DNA of 64,000 nt from Phycisphaerae bacterium (GTDB taxonomy: Bacteria; Planctomycetota; Phycisphaerae; UBA1845; Fen-1342). A program made the translations under genes and the position numbers. The notes under the pieces were generated by a model, which saw only the letters and a list, made by a program, of their open reading frames with translations, did not search any database and was not told the DNA's origin. The stretch spans positions 32,001-96,000 of the forward strand of contig JASFQK010000009.1 of NCBI GenBank assembly GCA_050115495.1, read 5' to 3'. Below are positions 60,477 to 64,000 of the stretch, one piece after another (position 1 is the stretch's first letter; every line of letters begins with the position of its first letter).

Positions 60477-62417
60477 ATGAACGGGAGAACAGCTTTCCAA
60501 GTGGTGTTGTGCGCCCTGGCCGGCCTCCTGGCCGCCAGCGGCCCTGCCGCCTCCGCCGGCTACATCCTCGGCGACGCGGACTGCTCCGGAGCCATCGACT
60601 GCCCGGACTTCGACGCACTGCTGCTGGCCGTGGCGAACCCGCCGGCCTACGCGGCGGCGCATCCGGGCTGCAACATGTTCGCTACCTGCGACATGAACGC
60701 GGACGGACAGGTCAACTCGTCCGATGTCTTCAGCTTCCTCGTCCTCTGGACGAGCGCCATGGGCGGCGATGCCGACGCCGACTTCGTGCCCGACGACTGC
60801 GACAACTGCCCGGGCCTGGCCAATCCCGGCCAGGAGAACATGGACGGTGACATTCTCGGTGATGCGTGCGATCCGTGCCCGACGATCATGCTGGGTGATG
60901 CGAACGAGGATGGCACCGTGGATTGCGACGACGGTCCCGCTTTCATCAGCTTGCTCGGCACCAACTCGTACTGCCATGGCGACTTCACCGGCGACGGAAC
61001 CGTCAACAACTTTGATATTGAGGGGTTCGTCGCCGTTCTCGGCGGTGACGCGGACGGGGACCTCGTCCCGCAGGACTGCGACAACTGCCCGGACGTGTCC
61101 AACAACGATCAGGAAGACGACGATGAGGATGGGGTCGGCAACCCGTGCGACAACTGCCCTGACGACGCCAATCCGAGCCAACTGGACACGGACGGCGACG
61201 GGGTCGGCGACGCGTGCGACCCGTGCCCGACGATCGTGCCAGGCGACGCCAACATGGATGGCCGGGCGGACTGCGACGATATCAACGCCTTCGTCATGCT
61301 GATCCTGGGAGGCGGATCGAGCACATGGGAACTGTGTGTCGCCGACTTCGACGGCGATGGGGTGCTCAGCAACTGGGACATGCCGGGATTTATCGCGCTC
61401 CTGGGTGGCGACACAGACTCGGACGGTATGCCGGACGACTGCGACAACTGCCCGAATGATCGCAACCCAGATCAGGAGAACCAGGACGGCGACCTTCTCG
61501 GCGACGCGTGCGATCCGTGCCCGGCAATCATCCTGGGCGACGCCAACATGGACGGCCAGGCGAACTGCGACGACATCCCCGCCTTCGTCTACCTGATCAC
61601 AGGAGGTGGCGGCGGCGGCGGTTGGGAGCTGTGCGTCGCCGACTTCGACGGCAACGGGATGCTCAACAACTACGACATCCCGGGGTTCGTCGCGCTCCTG
61701 GGCGGCGATCCGGATGAGGACGGCGCGCCGGAGGACTGCGACAACTGTCCCGGCCTGCACAACGATCAGGAAGACGACGACGGGGATGGGGTCGGCAACC
61801 CGTGCGACAACTGCCCCGACGACCCCAACCCGGGCCAGCAGGACACGGACGGCGACGGGCTCGGCGACGCGTGCGATCCCTGGCCGACGATCCCACCGGG
61901 TGACGCCGATTGCTCGGGAGCGCTCGACTGCGGGGACGGTGAGGCATTCATGTATGCGATCACCCACACCGAGGCGGAGTACAACGCCGCTTACCCGGGC
62001 TGCAACATGGTCGCTGCCTGCGACATGAACGGCGACGGCCTGGTCGACAACTCGGACGTGCAGACCTTCCTGGCATTGTGGATCGGCACGCTCGGCGGTG
62101 ACGCAGACGGAGACCTGGTGGCCGACGACTGCGACAACTGCCTGGGCGTGTACAACCCGTGCCAGGGGGACATGGACGGCGACGGGTTCGGCGACTTGTG
62201 CGACCCCTGCCCAACCGTCCCAGCCGGCGACGCGAACTGCGACGGGACCGTCGACAACTTCGACATCAGCCCGTTCATCGTGGCTCTGAGCCAGGGACAA
62301 GCGGTGTGGGAGGCGAGCTACACCTGCGGCTACTACTGCGCGATTGACGTCAACGGCGACGGTCACGTCGACAACTTCGACCTGAACCCGTTCATTGAGC
62401 GACTCGGGCCGCACTAG
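60477..62417 (+). CDS. Secreted paralog: 6 dockerin-like modules alternating with TSP3 repeats
   Basis: Same architecture and near-identical N-terminus to 59030-60325. Confidence 0.85.
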   Translation: MNGRTAFQVVLCALAGLLAASGPAASAGYILGDADCSGAIDCPDFDALLLAVANPPAYAAAHPGCNMFATCDMNADGQVNSSDVFSFLVLWTSAMGGDADADFVPDDCDNCPGLANPGQENMDGDILGDACDPCPTIMLGDANEDGTVDCDDGPAFISLLGTNSYCHGDFTGDGTVNNFDIEGFVAVLGGDADGDLVPQDCDNCPDVSNNDQEDDDEDGVGNPCDNCPDDANPSQLDTDGDGVGDACDPCPTIVPGDANMDGRADCDDINAFVMLILGGGSSTWELCVADFDGDGVLSNWDMPGFIALLGGDTDSDGMPDDCDNCPNDRNPDQENQDGDLLGDACDPCPAIILGDANMDGQANCDDIPAFVYLITGGGGGGGWELCVADFDGNGMLNNYDIPGFVALLGGDPDEDGAPEDCDNCPGLHNDQEDDDGDGVGNPCDNCPDDPNPGQQDTDGDGLGDACDPWPTIPPGDADCSGALDCGDGEAFMYAITHTEAEYNAAYPGCNMVAACDMNGDGLVDNSDVQTFLALWIGTLGGDADGDLVADDCDNCLGVYNPCQGDMDGDGFGDLCDPCPTVPAGDANCDGTVDNFDISPFIVALSQGQAVWEASYTCGYYCAIDVNGDGHVDNFDLNPFIERLGPH

Positions 62418-62448
62418 GCCCCCCTGCTCCGGCGCCCGGCGGCTGCGG

Positions 62449-63180
62449 CTACGGCTCGGCCGCCGGGCTGGCCTGTACCGAGACGATGATGTACGGATCG
62501 TCCTCGCGCTCGTGGGGCAAGCGGAGCAACATCACCTGGTCGCGGCTGATGACGAACGCCGTCGACACCTGGCGGGTCTCGATCATCGGCTTGCCCACGT
62601 CGAAGGGGACGTCGGGAATGGGCTCGCGGGAGACGATGCGGCTCAGGGAGAAGGACAGGTTCTCGAAGTGCACGCGCTCCGCGTCGATGGACTCGACCGT
62701 GACGCGCAGCTCGACTCCCTCAAACACATCCGGCTGGTGCACGACGGTGAGGCAGCCATCTTCGCGCGGCTCCAGGTAGGTCACGGACTGACCGATCGTA
62801 ACCGCCGCCGGCTGGTGCAGGGACACGACCAGGCGCGGCGCGGCGATCACCTCCCAGGTGATGCGGTCGCTGCCGGCCGCCGGCTTCGACTCCGTCGGGC
62901 CGCCCGGCGTGGCCACGAGTCGGCGGAGGGCCTGTTCGCTGATCGCCGCGGAGGCGACGGGCGAGCGGGCGGGATCGTCGGCCCCCGCCGCGGGGTCGCC
63001 GATGAGGAGCGCACGCAGCGCGGGTTCCTCGGTACAAACGGCCTCAAGCTGGGCCGCGGTGATATGGACTTGCAGGAATTGCGCTTCGATGGCGACGGCG
63101 GTCGTGTCGCCGTCGGCAGGCGCAGCGGCGCCCGCCGGCAACGTGACAGCGAGCAGTGCGGACAGAATCATTGCGATCAT
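62449..63180 (-). CDS. Secreted protein with minimal secretin-like (type II/III secretion C-domain-like) motifs
   Basis: Signal peptide; IEAQFLQV, APRLVV...AAVTIGQ, GVELRV and P.IETRQVST motifs. Confidence 0.5.
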   Translation of the reverse strand: MIAMILSALLAVTLPAGAAAPADGDTTAVAIEAQFLQVHITAAQLEAVCTEEPALRALLIGDPAAGADDPARSPVASAAISEQALRRLVATPGGPTESKPAAGSDRITWEVIAAPRLVVSLHQPAAVTIGQSVTYLEPREDGCLTVVHQPDVFEGVELRVTVESIDAERVHFENLSFSLSRIVSREPIPDVPFDVGKPMIETRQVSTAFVISRDQVMLLRLPHEREDDPYIIVSVQASPAAEP

Positions 63181-63215
63181 CCTGGCTTCCTTTCGTTCAA
63201 CAGGTACAACACAGC

Positions 63216-63575
63216 TCAGCGCGTGGCCAGCACGTCCCAGCGGGAGGCGTCGAGCCGTCCGGTGTCCGGCGGGGGATACAGCGGCTTGTCCACCGCCACC
63301 CAGACGCGAACGGGCGGCAGATCCTGTTCGACCGCATCCGGCGGCGACGGTGCATCCACCGACGCACGGCGGCCGCCACCCCAGAACGCCAACGCCGCCA
63401 GCACGAGCGTCGCGGCCACGGCCTGCCACAGCGGGACCGGCCGCCGCCACCACGGGCAGGGTCTTGCCCCGCCGGCGGCGTGAATCGCTTCCAGAATCTG
63501 CGTCTCCGCCTCGGCCGACCAGGTCGTCACGGGCAGTTCCCGCAAGGCCCGTTCGATGTCGTCATCGGGACACAT
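63216..63575 (-). CDS. Single-TM putative anti-sigma factor
   Basis: Overlaps the ECF sigma stop; DDIERALR...WWRRPVPLW + TM. Confidence 0.55.
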   Translation of the reverse strand: MCPDDDIERALRELPVTTWSAEAETQILEAIHAAGGARPCPWWRRPVPLWQAVAATLVLAALAFWGGGRRASVDAPSPPDAVEQDLPPVRVWVAVDKPLYPPPDTGRLDASRWDVLATR

Positions 63576-64000
63576 GCTCTTCCTCCGGCAGTAATCGGAC
63601 CCGCAGCATCTGCAACCCCCGGGCGTACTCGCTGGTCACCGTGCCCAACGGCCGCTCCAGCACCGTCGCGATTTCCTCGAACGTGAGCTCGGCATACGTC
63701 TTCAGCACGATGATCTCGCGGCGGACGTCCGGCAGCGATAGCAGCGCGTCGCGTAAACGCCGCTGCCGCTCGGCAAGGCGGTCATCCGGCACCGCCAGCA
63801 GTGGCGGCGCCTGAGCGAGCGTAACGGCTTCCGGCCGGCGGCCCGCCGCGCGCCGGCGATCGATCGCCAGGTGCCGCAGGCAGCGCAGCACGTAGGCTCG
63901 CGGGTTATCCGCAGCCGGCTGGCGGCGGACGAGCTGAACCAGCACGTCCTGGAGCAGGTCGTGCGCATCGGCCTCGGTGGGCGCCAGGGACAGGGCGTAG
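63562..64000 (-). CDS. ECF sigma factor (5' end outside window)
   Basis: DAHDLLQDV, RAYVLR..R..AID and REIIVLK...LTFEEIA..L..P.GTV.S. Confidence 0.85.
   Translation of the reverse strand, partial: YALSLAPTEADAHDLLQDVLVQLVRRQPAADNPRAYVLRCLRHLAIDRRRAAGRRPEAVTLAQAPPLLAVPDDRLAERQRRLRDALLSLPDVRREIIVLKTYAELTFEEIATVLERPLGTVTSEYARGLQMLRVRLLPEEEHVSR

Noticed and set aside
59030..62417. Diversity-generating retroelement TR/VR pair
   Set aside because: Both copies are intact full genes, differences are not visibly adenine-specific, and there is no reverse transcriptase in the window.

Overview
High-GC bacterial chromosome segment. It is probably Planctomycetota/Phycisphaerae (inferred from an H-X9-DG prepilin-type protein, a very long SecA, PEP-CTERM proteins, dockerin-like proteins and several ECF modules). 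The window holds about 50 CDSs: ribBA, clpS, a cysteine desulfurase, a 2-oxoacid:ferredoxin oxidoreductase operon with a fused gamma/flavoprotein/delta subunit, cheB-cheX-cheY, two ECF sigma modules, efp-secA, a sugar ABC transporter, an HD-GYP pair, a sulfatase-like protein and two poly-dockerin/TSP3 paralogs. It also holds tRNA-Asp(GTC), tRNA-Leu(CAG) and several REP-like palindrome clusters. Two features stand out. (1) A roughly 380-nt highly structured minus-strand non-coding RNA candidate (30250-30633) lies divergent from efp. It has three sister hairpins that all display GGGAGCC in the loop, a fourth hairpin whose loop carries the complement GGCUCCCC, a long-range closing helix and a U-tailed terminator. 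(2) A compositionally foreign, tightly coupled 4-gene operon (39115-41952) encodes a YwgA/Panacea-like wHTH, a 3-TM protein, a PD-(D/E)xK-like nuclease and a TGT-like Zn/TIM-barrel protein; it looks like an uncharacterised defence or nucleic-acid-modification module. All calls come from reading motifs by eye; no searches or folding programs were run.
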